Shown piece after piece: positions 48,445 to 48,569 of a DNA stretch of 48,569 bases. Under the pieces are notes generated by a model, which had not been told where the DNA came from, searched no databases, and saw only the letters and a program-made list of their open reading frames with translations. The position numbers and the translations under genes are program-made. The DNA is from Halobacteriaceae archaeon. GTDB taxonomy: Archaea; Halobacteriota; Halobacteria; Halobacteriales; Halobacteriaceae. The stretch spans positions 1-48,569 of the forward strand of contig JBDGTS010000019.1 of assembly GCA_042216675.1 (NCBI GenBank), in the 5' to 3' direction. Each line of letters opens with the position of its first letter. The stretch's first letter is position 1.

Positions 48445-48569
48445 CTACTGGTAGTCGACTTCGCCCTCGCCCTCGCCGACCCACGCGCCGCGGTCGGGTT
48501 CGCGGGAGGCCAGCGGGTCCATGTCCTTGTACCACGGGACGTTCTTCAACTGCTCTTTGTTGTACACCA
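48445..48569 (-). CDS. nuoI: NuoI C-terminus (partial, continues beyond the window)
   Basis: Reads VYNKEQLKNVPWYKDMDPLASREPDRGAWVGEGEGEVDYQ*, which I recognise as a haloarchaeal NuoI tail; position upstream of nuoJ fits. Confidence 0.8.
   Translation of the reverse strand, partial: VYNKEQLKNVPWYKDMDPLASREPDRGAWVGEGEGEVDYQ

Overview
GC-rich chromosomal window from a halophilic archaeon (Halobacteria-type acidic proteins, TATA/BRE promoters, many apparently leaderless starts). It is mostly core genome. In order: a partial tRNA-Arg(TCG) at the left edge, a dicluster ferredoxin, DGGGP synthase, the SRP RNA, MscS, YhbY, Rpp21, a GT4 glycosyltransferase pair, an epimerase, the trm56/tfe/DUF2110 cluster, an NAD-kinase-family gene, PhoU, a RIO-like kinase, gdhA, an ABC exporter, a dispersed heme-copper oxidase region (ctaB, coxB, coxC, coxA plus small membrane proteins), a GNAT, acs, a CBS-ParB / RCK-DHH pair and the distal nuo operon (nuoI end, split nuoJ, K, L, M, N). 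I see no transposase, integrase, CRISPR array or defence gene. The most unusual signals are: (1) a 73-bp tandem array of strand-specific hairpins with tandem G.A pairs and GNA triloops, at a two-gene interruption of the nuo operon; (2) a candidate standalone sRNA between convergent genes; (3) a possible nucleotide-signalling CBS-ParB/RCK-DHH module; (4) a candidate glycolipid synthase pair; (5) a uORF/hairpin leader, two tiny membrane ORFs missed by the ORF track, and a decayed pseudogene. All product names come from motif recognition by eye, not database searches, and DUF labels are tentative.
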